A DNA stretch of 64,000 bases from Malacoraja senta (taxonomy: Eukaryota). The notes beneath the pieces were generated by a model. It was not told the origin of the DNA. It worked only from the letters and a program-made list of their open reading frames with translations, and ran no database searches. Positions 1-32,759 of this stretch are shown here, one piece after another. Each line of letters starts with the position of its first letter. Position 1 is the stretch's first letter. Where the stretch lies: assembly GCA_038087875.1 (NCBI GenBank), contig CM075993.1:9984001-10048000 (forward strand), written 5' to 3'. Both the position numbers and the translations under genes were made by a program.

Positions 1-1612
1 GCAGCCATCTTTAGCTTATGCTTGTTTTGGGGGCTAGTCCCCTTCAGTTTTCTCTTCAGCATATAAAAGGCATGCTCAATTGGGTTCAGATCAGCTGATT
101 GACTTGGTCACAAGAATTCACCATTTTTTAGCTTTGGAAAAACTCCTTTGTTGCTTTAGCAGTATGTTTGGGATCATTGTCTTGCTGTAGAATGAACCGC
201 CGGCCAATGAGTTTTGAGGCATTTGTTTGAACTTGAGCAGATAGGATGTGTCTATACACTTCAGAATTCATTATGCTACTACCATCAGCAGTTGTATCAT
301 CAATGAAGATAAGTGAGCCAGTACCTTCAGCAACCATACATGCCCAGGCCATAACACCTCCACCACTGTGTTTCACAGATGAGGTGGCATTCTTAGATCT
401 TGGGAGGTTCCTTCTCTCCTCCATACTTTGCTCTTGCCATCACTCTGATATAAGTTAATCTTCGTCTCATCTGTCCACAAGACCTTTTCCAGAACTGTGC
501 TTGCTCTTTTAAGTAGTTCTTGGCAAACTGTAACCTGGCCATCCTATTTTTGTGGCTAACCAGTGGTTTGCATCTTGCAGTGTAGCCTCTGTATTTCTGT
601 TCATGAAGTCTTCTGCGGACAGTGGTCATTGACAAATCCACACCCGACTCCCGAATAGTGTTTCTGATCTGTCGGACAGGTGTTTGGGGATCTTTCTTTA
701 TTATAGAGAGAATTCTTCTGTCATCTTCAGTCTTCCTTGGCCTGCCAGTCCCTTTGCGATTAGCAAGCTCACCAGTGCTCTCTTTCTTCTTAATGATGTT
801 CCAAATAGTTGATTTTGGTAAACCTGAAAGCCCTGTCCCACTGTACAAGTTCATTCCAAGAGCTCACCCGAGTTAAAAAAAAAATCAAACTCGTGGTAAG
901 CACGGAGAATGAACGTAACGGGTACGTCGGAGCTCGGGGACGTCTCTTAGCGGCTCGTAACGCTAACGGCCGGTCCTCGGGAAGACTCGCTAACGACAGG
1001 TAAACACGGTAAGAGTCGTGAAGATGTTTCAACATGTTGAAAAATGTCCCCGAGAGCCCCGAGTACCGACGAGTGGCCATTACCGTAAATCTCTGAGTTC
1101 GAATCAGAGCAAACTCGGGAGAGCTCTTGGAATGAACTTGTACCGTGGGACAGGGCTTTGAGGTTTGGCTGATGTCTCTAACAGCTTTATTCTTGTTTCT
1201 CAGTCTCAAAATGCCTTCTTTGAGTTTCATTGGCACAACTTTGGTCCTCATGTTGATAAACAGCAATAAAAGTTTCCAAAGGTGATGGAAAGACTGGAGG
1301 AAAGACTTGGTGCTGAGAGCTCTCTTATACCTGCATTAAGGAGGCAATTAAACAAACCTGAACAATTACAAACACCCGTGAAGCCATGTGTCCCAAACAT
1401 TATGGTGCACTGAAATAGGGGGACTATGTATAAACACAGTTGTAATTTCTACATGGTGAAACCAACATGTATAAAAAATACCCTTTAATAAAATCTGACA
1501 ATGTGCACTTTAACCACATGTGATTTTTTTCTATTACAAATCTCAAATTGTGGAGTACTGAGGCAAATAAATAAATGATGGATCTTTGTCCCAAACATTA
1601 TGGAGGGCACTG
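1..1612 (-). mobile_element. Tc1/mariner DNA transposon (IR/DR type), defective transposase, runs off left edge
   Basis: Frameshifted HTH + DDE fragments (GRPRK, GGGVMAWACM, QQDNDPKHT, PSQSADLNPIEH). The end reads CAGTGCCCTCCATAATGTTTGGGACA on the minus strand with flanking TA at 1613-1614; an inner direct repeat of the terminal motif lies at about 1388-1412. Confidence 0.93.
828..1158. mobile_element. PIF/Harbinger-type MITE nested in the Tc1 transposase
   Basis: ~45-bp TIRs AAGCCCTGTCCCAC..TACAAGTTCATTCCAAGAGCTC; 3-bp TSD TGA (825-827, 1159-1161). Removing it restores the Tc1 frame DISQT-SGLPKST. Confidence 0.88.
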
Positions 1613-2619
1613 TAGATCAGCCACAATCAAATCTCAGAGCAGACTCGATGGGCAGAATGGCCTCATTGTGCTCCTGTGTCTTATGAATATGTTTGCAAAC
1701 CAGGCAAAGGGCAGTAAACAATATCATAAGATAAGAGGAGTCACTTTTTGGCACCCATTTGCAGAGCAAATGGGGCAATTGGTTTCTAAGCACAGGAATA
1801 AAAGTCCCAGCTGTCAACCAGATGGAGGCAATTCCAACCGAGATAAAACAAGGATCGGACTGTAGAGAAAAGTGGGTGACTGTCAAATTAATGCAAAAGT
1901 GTAAAAGCCACATGTACACATGTAATGTGAATACTCTAAAACGCTACAAGTGTTTTACGTCAGTGAAGCACTTTGGATTCTTTATGATTCCCTGTACATA
2001 AGTCCATGGTTTCAATCGTTTGATAAATTCACCACTGCTGTAAGAAATGTTCTTTGTGTGCTCATCAGGGCCATAATTAACAAGGTGCCTGGGCCCCATA
2101 CGAAAACCAGATTCTGATTAAACATATAAGTCCCTGCCACGAGTCCTTTCTGCACAGAATCCCCAAAGTCTTGCTCCAAGCAACGTCACCTATTCCTTCG
2201 CTCCATAGATACTGCCTCACCCGCTGAGTTTCTCCAGCATTTTTGTCTACCTTCGATTTTTCCAGCATCTGCAGTTCTTTCTTAAACAACCTACTGCGCC
2301 CAATCTCATTTACTGAATGATTCCCAATTTAAAATCTCAATCTTTTTTTCTCTCTCCAACTCTTGCACTAGTTTCTTCTACAAACATCCCAACGATCACT
2401 GCCACTCCCTCACCCACTTTATTTTCCTACACTTTGTCGTGGCCATGCTGAGATTCCCATCACATTCCACATCTCTCTCCCTCAGTTCACTAGCCGTTAG
2501 GTTCACACACCTACTGCACCAATCCAGTAGGCGAGGTCTTCATCTGAATTAAATTGTCAGCGATCTAACCAGCTGCCCTTGATATTCAGTGACATTACCA
2601 TTGCTGAATCCCCAATATC

Positions 2620-3178
2620 CCCCCCTCGACTCCATTCAAGGACCCAAGCAGTCGTTCCAGGTGCGACAGAGGTTCACCTGCACCTCCTCCAACCTCATCT
2701 ATTGCATCCGCTGCTCTAGATGTCAGCTGATCTATATCGGTGAGACCAAGCGTAGGCTTGGCGATCGTTTCGCCGAACACCTTCACTCGGTCCGCACTAA
2801 CCAACCTGACCTCCCGGTGGCTCAGCACTTCAACTCCCCCTCCCATTCCGTATCCGACCTCTCTGTCCTGGGCCTCCTCCAAGGCCAGAGTGAGCGACAC
2901 CGGAAATTGGAGGAACAGCACCTCATATTCCGCTTGGGGTGTCTGCATCCTGGTGGCATGAACATTGAATTCTCAAAATTTTGTTAACCCTTGCTGATTC
3001 CTCCCCTTCCCACTTCAGCCCTCGGGCTCCTCCTCCTCCTTTTTCCTTCCTTTCTTCTCCCCGCCTACCCCCACCCCCTATCAGTCTGAAGAAAGGGTTT
3101 CGGCCCAAAACGTTGCCTATCTCCTTCGCTCCATAGATGCTGCTGCACCCACTGAGTTTCTCCAGCATTTTTGTGTGC
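2620..3178 (+). mobile_element. 5'-truncated Penelope-like element (GIY-YIG endonuclease and 3' pLTR)
   Basis: ORF 2589..2987 reads NLIYCIRC..C...YIGETKRRLGDRFAEH (GIY-YIG); 10-bp TSD CCCCAATATC at 2610-2619 and 3179-3188. Confidence 0.9.
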
Positions 3179-3806
3179 CCCCAATATCAACATACTGGGA
3201 TCACCACTGAAGCTCCACAGGTCCAGCCACAAAAGTACCACGGCTTCAAGAGCGGGCTAGAGGTTGAACCTCCTGCTGAGAGGGGGGCACCATCTCCCCC
3301 CCCCACCCCCGTAGATCCTCTCATCATGTACAAGGCTCATCAGCTTGCGGTGGAATACTCTGCCATTGCCTGGATGAGGGCAGTTCCAGCAACATTAAAA
3401 AACTCGGATAATTCAGTCTGCTTGACGGCATTGTATTCACCCAGACAAACAATATACAGACTTGAAATTTATCACTGCTCCTTCATTCAAAACACAAAGT
3501 ACCGGAGGAACTCAGCGGATCAGACAGTACCTGCGGAGGGAATGGACAGGTGACGTTTCGGGTATTAAGCTGATCACAAAGGATACCAGCAGCGCCCATT
3601 CCCTCCACAGATGCTGCCTGACACGCTGAGCTCCGCAGGCACTTGTGTTTTGCTTGGATTCCAGCATCGGCAGTTCCTTGTGCTTCCATTTCATTGTTCC
3701 TTCCTGTCGTTCAGTCTAAATTCAGGAGGTGTTAACCAGAGAAGGTTTTAAATACAAGCAGCTCCCAAGTCCTCCTTCCCAATAAAACGAATCCATTTCC
3801 ACTTAC

Positions 3807-23999
<20,193 letters not shown>

Positions 24000-24639
24000 C
24001 TTGGCGCTGCGCTGTTCCAACCCGCAGCTCCTGTTCACCACAGACGCCGGGCTGCGCCAATCACAGGCCCCGGGCCGCGTAAAGCCCGCCTCCCTCGCAG
24101 CACCATAGGACCGGGTCTCTGTCAATCACAGGCTCCAGGCTGCCTAAAGCCCGCCCTCTCCTATCACCAATAGGACCCGGTCTCTGTCAATCATAGGGTC
24201 CAGCCCAATGCCCGCCCTCCCCAGCACCATTGGACCATTCCACTGCCAATCACGTGATCCATGTCTCCAAAGCCCCCCCCCGTATCCCCATAGGGTCAGG
24301 TCAATGTCAATCAAAGGATTCTGCCTTAACCCCGCCCCCAAGTGTGTCGCCATTGGACCAATCATAGGCCCCCCCCCCCAAAGCCCGCCCTCTCCTGTCA
24401 CCAATAGGTCAATCATAGGATCCAGCCCAAAGCCCGCCTCCTCCATCCAATGGATGGGTCGACTGGGATTGTATTCACTGGAATTTACAAGGATGAGACG
24501 GGATCTTATAGAAACATATAACATTCTTAAGGGTTGGACAGGCTGGATGCAGGAAAAATGTTCCCGATGTTGGGGGAGTCCAGAACCAGGGGTCACAGTT
24601 TAAGGGAATTCTCTGCCACAGAAGGCAGTGGAGGCCTAT

Positions 24640-26646
24640 AGGGGGGTTGCACGTAAGGTCACCGGGTCATAGGGCTTGACGCACGGAGCCGCTCAATCTA
24701 TCTGGAGGACATACGTAACTTCCGGTATATGTTATTAATGCTAGAAACGCGTACTTTCCTACCTGTTAAAAACCGCCAAAATGTTGAATTTTTTCCGCTG
24801 TAAAAAATTGTGGAAGTCGGGGTAAGTGTGAGAGACATGTACTAGAATTCCAAACGTGAAGCGAAATGGAGGTAAAGAGAAGCGAGAGCTGAAGGGACAA
24901 CAGCAGCTAAAGTGCTTGGCGGACATTGGCCGTGCAGATATCGGAATTGAAAATATTGGGAATTATCGCGTTTGCTCACTGCATTTCATTAACAGTAAGG
25001 CATTATTTGGGTTTTTTCTTGATTCCTTTGGTATCTAAAAAGTCTCAGAAGTGATCGACATCCACTACAATCCCACCGACTCCCATGGCTATCTGGACTA
25101 CACTTCTTCCCACCCTGCTTCCTGTAAGGACTCCCCCCCCCCCCTCCCCCCCCACTCCCAATTCCTCCGTTTACGCCGCATCTGCTCCCAGGATGAGGCG
25201 TTCCACACAGGGCATCTGAAATGTCCTCATTCTTCAGGGAACGGGGGTTCCCCTCCTCCACCATAGATGAGGCTCGCACCAGGGTCTCTGCCATACCCCG
25301 CAACACTGCTCTCCCCATCCCCCCACTCACAACAAGGGCAGAGTCCCCCTAGTCCTCACCTTTCACCCCACCAGCCGTCACATACAACAAGTGATCCTCC
25401 GTCAGTTTCGCCACCTCCAACGTGACCCCACCACTCGCCACATCTTCCCATCTCCCTTGTCAATTCTTCCCTTCCCTCCCATACCACCCCTCCCCTGGTA
25501 CTTTCCCTTGCAACCGCAAGAGATGCAACACTTGTCCCTTCACCTCCCCCCTCGACTCCATTCAAGGACCCAAGCAGTCGTTCCAGGTGCGACAGAGGTT
25601 CACCTGCATCTCCTCCAACCTCATCTATTGCATCCGCTGCTCTAGATGCCAGCTGATCTACAACGGTGAGACCAAGCGGAGGCTTGGCGATCGTTTCGCC
25701 GAACACCTCCGGTCGGTCCGCAATAACCAACTTGACCTCCCGGTGGCTCAGCACTTCAACTCCCCCTCCCATTCCGTATCTGACCTCTCTATCCTGGGTC
25801 TCCTCCATGGCCACAGCGAGCAACGCCGTAAATTGGAGGAAATGCACCTCATATTCCGCTTGGGCAGTCTACATCCTGGGGGCTTGAACATTGAATTCTC
25901 CAATTCTGCTAGCCCTTGCTGTCCCCTCCCCTTCATCAGCCCTCTGGTTGTCTCCTCCCCTCCCCCAGCCCTCGGGCTCCTCCTCCGCCTTTTTCCTTTT
26001 TTCCTTTCTTCTCCCCACCCCCTATCAGTCTAAAGAAGGGTTTCGGCCCGAAACGTTGCCTATTTCCTTCGCTCCATAGATGCTGCTGCACCCGCTGAGT
26101 TTCTCCAGCATTTTTGTGTACCTTTGATTTTCCAGCATCTGCAGTTCCTTCTTTAACACTCAGAAGTGATCAATCTGGTTGTAAATTTTGCTTCAGAGGC
26201 GTTTTCTTTTTGTATGTAAAAACCCACTTGAGAACCATGGGCGATTTAAAAATTTTACAGCCAGATTTTTCCCTTCTGAAACTTTTTAGATGCCAAAGGA
26301 ATCAAGAAAAAACACAAATAATGCCTTAGTTGATGAAATGCAGTGAGCAAACGGCCAATGTTCGCCAAGCACTGGCTGTGTTTGTCCCTTCAGCTCTCGC
26401 TTCTATCTAACGTCATTTCTCCTCACTTTTTGAATTCTGAAGTAGGCTAAATGTCTCTCACGCTTATCCCGATTTTCATAATTATTTACAGCGCAAAATT
26501 TGACAATTTCGGCGGGTTTTAACGGGCCCGCTACGCTGGAAACAATGATAAGTACTTACCTGCAGTTCATCGCGTGTAATCCATTTGGCGTAGCGTAGCA
26601 ACAGTACGGGTCATGGGTCGTGACCCGACTGCCGTGAAACCTCCCT
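24640..26646. mobile_element. Non-autonomous DNA transposon with AT TSD and two inverted THAP-like arms (ISL2EU/Harbinger-related by inference), inserted into a CR1 fragment
   Basis: Termini AGGGGGGTTGCACG / CGTGAAACCTCCCT; AT duplicated at 24638-24639 and 26647-26648; the CR1 host is contiguous once the element is removed; each arm translates to a decayed THAP domain. Confidence 0.8.
25057..26158 (+). mobile_element. Penelope-like element (end of RT, GIY-YIG, pLTR and tail) nested in the THAP element
   Basis: ORF 25422..26033 contains the GIY-YIG region; perfect 13-bp TSD CTCAGAAGTGATC at 25044-25056 and 26159-26171. Confidence 0.92.
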
Positions 26647-26684
26647 ATTCACTGATGTATTCAAGAGAGAGTTAGATATAGCTC

Positions 26685-27380
26685 GAAGATAGACACAAAA
26701 AGCTGGAGTAACTCAGCGGGACAGGCAGCGTCTCTGGAGAGAAGGAATGGGTGACATTTCGGGTCGAGACCCTTCTTCAGACTGGTTAGGGATAATGGAA
26801 ACGAGAGATATAGATGGTGATGTGGAGAGATAAAGAACAATGAATGAAAGATATGCAAAAAAGTAACGATGATAAAAGAAACAGGCCATTGTAAGCTGTT
26901 TGTAGGGTGAAAATGAGAAGCTAGTGCGACGGGTGGAGGAGGGATAGAGGGAGAAGGAATGCCGGGGCTACCTGAAGTGAGAGAAATCAATATTCATACC
27001 ACTGGGCTGTAAGCTGCCCAAGCGAAATATGAGGTAGACAAAAGTGCTGGAGAAACTCAGCGGGTGCAGCAGCATCTATGGAGCGAAGGAAATAGGCAAC
27101 GTTTCTGGCCGAAACCCTTCTTCAGACTGATGGAGGGTGGGGGGGGGGGGGGAGCGGGGAGAAGAAAGAAAAAGGAGGAGGAGGGGCCCGAGGGCTGAGG
27201 GAGAGCTAGGAAGGGGAGGAGACAGCAAGGGCTAATGGAATTGGGAGAATTCAATGTTTATACCACTAGGGTGCAGACTGCCCAAGCGGAATATGAGGTG
27301 TTGTTCCTCCAATTTACGGTGGTGCTCACTCTGGCCATGGCTGACCTCTCTGTCCTGGGCCTCCTCCATGACCAGAGTGA
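26685..27380 (-). mobile_element. Two adjacent Penelope-like 3' fragments (two subfamilies)
   Basis: Reverse complements of the GIY-YIG end and pLTR seen at 35500-35920 and 25840-26120. Confidence 0.8.
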
Positions 27381-27384
27381 GCAC

Positions 27385-27930
27385 TAGCAAAACCAAGGAA
27401 CTGATTGTGGACTTTGGAAGGGGTAGGATGGGGACCCACAGTCCCGTTTATATCAACGGGTCGATGGTGGAAAGGGTCAAGAACCTCAAAGGGTGAAGGC
27501 TGCAAAAAGTTGTAAACACTGCCCAGTCCATCATCGGCTCTGATCTCCCTACCATCGAGGGGATCTATCGCAGTCGCTGCCTCAAAAAGGCTGTCAGCAT
27601 CATCAAGGACCCACACCATCCTGGCCACACACTCATCTCTTCGCTGCCATCAGGTAGATGGTACAGGAGCCTGAAATCTGCAACACCCAGGTTCAGGAAG
27701 TTTCTTCCCCACAGCCATCAGACTATTAAACACAACTTCAAACAAACTATGAACTATAACAGCCTAATGCATTTTATCTGTTTATTTATGTGTGTGTATA
27801 TATATTCTATGGTATATGGACACACTGACCTGATCTGTATTTATGCCTATAATATTCTGTTGTGCTGCAGCAAGCAAGAATTTCATTGTCCTATCTGGGA
27901 CACATGACAATAAACTCTCTTGACTTGACT
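27385..27930 (+). mobile_element. Rex1/Babar-like LINE 3' fragment
   Basis: SKTKELIVDF...PVYINGSMVERVK..., LQKVVNTAQSIIG, IIKDPHHPGH peptides; tail TGACAATAAACTCTC(TTGAC)n. Related decayed pieces at about 18050-18480 and 53510-54290. Confidence 0.75.
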
Positions 27931-29892
27931 TGCTCTCTGCTGCCCTTCTAATGTGTTCCAGACTATTTACAATTTATTGTGTAGAAGGACTGTTTATCAC
28001 TGGTAGTTATTTTGTCAATTACTTATGTTCTCCAGTAAGTGACTCTGCCTGACTTCCTTTGTCGAGGAGATGAAGCAATTTACTTCCAACTGCCTGCTTC
28101 ATCATTAATAGATAGAAATGCAATCAATTGGCATTGAGTTCCTGATGACATAGACTGTGGTATTAACATTTTATCTAATGAAAATTAAATCACTTTGATC
28201 TGTAGATGCTTAACTCCTTCCTGCCTTGGCCAGAAGGCAGAGAAAGTACAATTATTTGTGAACGGCACAGTTGGTAGGGGTGCTGCCTTACAGCGCCAGT
28301 GACCTGGGTTCGATTCTGACCTCAGGTGCTGACCGTGTGGAGTTTGCACATTATCCCCATCCGGCACTCTGTCTCTCTTCCGCATCCCACTGATGTGCGG
28401 GTTTGTGGGGTAATTAGTCTCCGTAGCTTGCCCCTCGTGTGTTGGGAGTGGATGAGAAAATGGGATAACAGAGCTAGTGTGAATGGATGATCGATGGTCA
28501 TCGTGGACTAAGTGGGCCTAAAGGCCTTTTTCCATGCTGCATCTCTATAAAAAATGTTTAATGGTGGTCATGGGGATTTATAAATCTTTGAGACAACTGG
28601 TAAATAAGTGTACTAATGCCTTGATTTTAGTTTAGTGTTTAGTGTTATGGTAGTTTAATGTCAATAATTGATATAAAAGTTGTCCTTGTTTTAACATTTC
28701 AAACGATTGCGCCGTAAACATCCTTACCAGTAAGTTTGGTATGGAATCATGTTTTTCTCAAGAAGGCGTCACATTCTGATAGACCGAATCATCTTCTGAT
28801 TGTGACTTATCAGAAAGTTAAAGCCCAATGATAAAGATTATTCTGTTCAACACTTTTTGTGTTCAGTACTTTTTGTGATTATACTGAACGCCACAGCACA
28901 TGTTTTAAACAGCACAATCTACTTTAGATCTCTCAGTAAGAAAATTCCACAAAAAGGTAACACGCAACCCAAACCATAAGATAAACACAAAATGCTGGAG
29001 TAACTCAGTGGGACAGGCAGCATCTCTGGATAGAAGGAATGGGTGACGTTTCAGGTCAAGACCCTTCTTCAGTCCAGCACCTATCAGTGTGGTAAGCAGG
29101 AGAAATGTAAAGGAAATCTAAAGGATAGATGTTTCCATACAGAAGGTGGTGATTATCTCAAACAAGCTACCAGAAGAGTTGGTGGAGGCAGATTTAATTA
29201 CATCAATTAAAAGTCATTCAGACAGGCACTTAGATAGAACGGGTATAGAGGGATACGACATTAACAGAGGCAAATTTAATGAGCGTAGATAGGGCTGAAA
29301 GGCCATGTCCGTGCTGTACAATTCTATGATCTTTATTCTTGTACTCCAATCCGCTTATTATTAAGACTGACGCAGAGCTTGCTGAAACAGTTTGTGAGGC
29401 ACACAGCTCTACTGCTTTCAAAGGCTGCATCTTGGAGGCATATATTTAACAGCAAGCTATGTCATTTACATTTTCCTCATGGACCTTGTCAAAAGCTCAG
29501 CATGTTTCACAACACTCAAAAGCCAGGGGAATAGGCGCTAGCCCCAGAGTAATCAAGCATCACAATTTGAAATTCGAAAAGACTCAGAAGACAACATAGG
29601 TTATCTTTGGAAATTAAATGCCATGGTGGGAAATTCTCAGAGCTCTATTGCTCCAATGATTCAATTCAATGATTCAATGACTTACGATTCATGTTGAAAA
29701 CAAAACCAATGCCTTACATCTGAGGTTTAAACATTAATCACAGTGATTCTGATGAAAGGTCGCAACCAAACTGTTAACAATCCCTATTCCGGGCGTACAG
29801 TAGCCCTATCCCCGAACTCTATTTCTGCTACATTGACGACTGCATCGGTGCTACCTCCTGCACCCATGCAGAACTCACTGACTTTGTTAACA

Positions 29893-29984
29893 TCTATCTA
29901 TCTATCTATCTATCTATCTGTCTATCTATCTATCTGTCTGTCTATCTATCTGTCTGTCTATCTGTCTGTCTATCTATCTATCTG

Positions 29985-30028
<44 letters not shown>

Positions 30029-30060
30029 GTGTGTGTGTGGGTGTGTGTGTGTTTGTGGGT
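29893..30060. repeat. (TCTA/TCTG)n followed by (TG)n microsatellite
   Basis: Direct reading of the sequence. Confidence 0.95.
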
Positions 30061-30847
30061 GTCAGATTTGGCCTTTGATTCCTTGGTCCGCCAAAACCAC
30101 ACGCGAAAACTCAGAGATTTTTTTCCATTTCGCTAGACATTACACTTTTACATACCCTAACACACTCCTTATTAGATTCAGACATTTTTATATACACATT
30201 TTTTAATAAAATAGACATTTTTATGTACACATTTTAAAATAAAATCCATCCCCCCCCCCCCCCCCACTCACTCATTTTGTCGCCTCCTGCTGGCTGCCGC
30301 CCGGCTCTGCTCCAAAAACGCCGACATTTTTATTCTTTCGATGGTGATTTTCGCAGCTGCCGCCCGCCTCTCCACCACTACCCCCCCCCCCCCCTGGGCC
30401 GGCTCTCTCACGCTGGCTCAAGCGCCCGGCTCTCCTCCAAAAACGCCAACATTTTTCTTCATTCGCTGGCGATTTTCGCTGCTGCCGCCCGGCTCTCCTA
30501 CACTACCCCCCCCCCCCCTCCCCGGACCGGCTCTCTCACGCTGGCTCAAGCCAAACATTGGCTCTTCCCCCTCTGCTTTTCGCCGTCCCCTGTCCGAGGA
30601 CGCCGAAAAGCAGCGGCGGAACAACCCATCTTTACCTTCAGCCAGCGTGACAGAGCCGGCGTGTCAACGGCCTGTCGGCCCGCAGCCCCATTGAGGGCGT
30701 ACGCAGCGTCTCGACGGCCGTACGCAGCGTCTCGACGTTGTATGCAGCGTCTTGACGGCGTACGCCGCCTACACCGTCAAGACGCTGCGTACGCCGTCAA
30801 GACGCTGCGTACGACGTCGAGACGCTGCGTACGGCCGTCCAGACGCT

Positions 30848-32097
30848 ATTTTATTAGAAGTACAATCATATGGCACCAAAGTGCCTAATACATTTTATGT
30901 ACAGCTTCTTATTTTTTTAATTATAATGAAGACGAAAAAGAAAAAGAGAATAGATAATAAAAGATAGAAAAACGTGAGATATATAGTGTGTGAAAAAGAA
31001 AAAAAAAGAGTGAAAGAAGAAAAGTGAAGAAAAGAAGATAGAAAGAAAAGGAGTAAATTAAGGAGATCATTATTTATAATCTTGACCGTCCCTCACCCAG
31101 TTCTGGAGCAGTTAGCTTCTACAATTGTGTTGCACCATATGCTTCCAAAAAGGCAACAAATGGAGACCAACTCGTTAAGAATTGGTCTGATTTATCTATT
31201 AGGAGGAATCGCATTTCCTCAAGATGTGCGGTGTCCAACATGCTTGAAATCCACATTTTAAGCGTTGGTATTGGTGTATTTTTCCAGAATTTAAGTATTA
31301 GTTTCTTTGCCATTATTAAACCATAATTAAAAAATAAATGTTGAGATGAGTTCAATTTATTCCCATCTTCCATTCTCCAAATATAATCATTTCAGTATTA
31401 GGTTCCATTTTTATCTTAAATAATTTTGTAAATATTTCAAAAATATCACTCCAAAATTTATAAAGTTTTATGCAGGAAACGAAAGAGTGTGTTATAATTG
31501 CGTTTTGGGATAGACATTTATCACAAATGGGGGATATTATATGAGTACAATTTATTAAATCTAGTTTTTGAATAATATAATCTATGTAAAATTTTAAATT
31601 GAATTAAATTATGTCTTGCATTAATCGAACATTTGTGTATATATGTCAAATACTTTTCCCATGTAACCTTCGTAATTTTTATCATTAATTCCCGTTCCCA
31701 CTCTTCTCTAAGTACCTCTGTCGAGGGTAGGTCTATATTTAAAATACTATTATATAAATATGATATTAATTTCTGTGAGTCAGCCTTAATATTCATTGCT
31801 TCTTCCAGTGGATCAAAAGTTATGTTTTGATATCTTTGTATGTATTTCTTCATTAAATCGCAAATCTGAAGATATTTAAAATATTGGTTATTTTTCAGTT
31901 TAAATTGTAATTGTAATTGTTGGAATGATAATAGGTTTCCCATTTCATACATATCACCGATCCTTTTAATTCCCATTCTTTCCCATTGGTTATATGTTTT
32001 ATCAATAAAAGATGGTTTAAATGAAGGATTATTCACTAGTGGCATTAACAATGATAAATTTCTTAATTTTAGGGATAATTTTATTTGTTTCCAAATT
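30848..32097 (-). mobile_element. L1-clade LINE 3' fragment (ORF2 C-terminus and 3' UTR)
   Basis: ORFs 31521..32051 and 31119..31373 (FKYLQI, LIQFKILHRLY, CDKC..H..C zinc knuckle, WSPFVAFL); minus-strand end GTACTTCTAATAAAATA. Confidence 0.85.
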
Positions 32098-32759
32098 CAT
32101 AAAACTCTGTGTGTGTGTGTGTTTGTGGGTGTATGTCACATTCCATTTTCAGATTTTTTTTTCAGATTAGATTATTGGCCTTTGATTCCTTGGTCCGCCA
32201 ATACCACACGCGAAAACTGCGCGATATTTTCCATTTCGCTAGCGATTTTGCTTTTACATTCGCAAATCCACTACTCATTAAATTTAGACATATTTATGTA
32301 CACATTTTAAAATAAAATCCTTCCCCCCTCCCCCCCCCCCCCCCACACACACTCATTTAAAAATCTAAATGGGACTCACGAGCTGCTGACGTCACAATCC
32401 CACATGCCGACCAATCACAGCCGCTTCTCTCTCTCTCTTCATTTGGCAGCCCGGCTCTCCTCCCCCCCTCCCTCCAACTACGCTCGCGCCGCGCCTCCCG
32501 TAGCTCGACTTGCCCGCCCCCCCGCTCCAACCCCCCACCCCACGTTCTCAAAATGCTCTGCAGATCGGGAGAAGAGATAAGTCTTTGGCTCTCTGACCTC
32601 CCTGTTCTGTGTTCCTCTCTCTGAACGAGCAAGATCCTGGGGAGGTGAAGAGGGGGAGTGGGCGGATTGAGGGAAAGGGGGGAATGGGGAGGTGAGGAGG
32701 GAGAGTGTGGGAATAGAGGGAGAGGAGTGGGGGTGATAGGGAGTGGGGAATAGATGGAC

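Noticed and set aside
1613..3800. IDH3A exon 7 (expected RMSDGLFL-type peptide)
   Set aside because: Not found on the minus strand; downstream exons presumably lie left of position 1.
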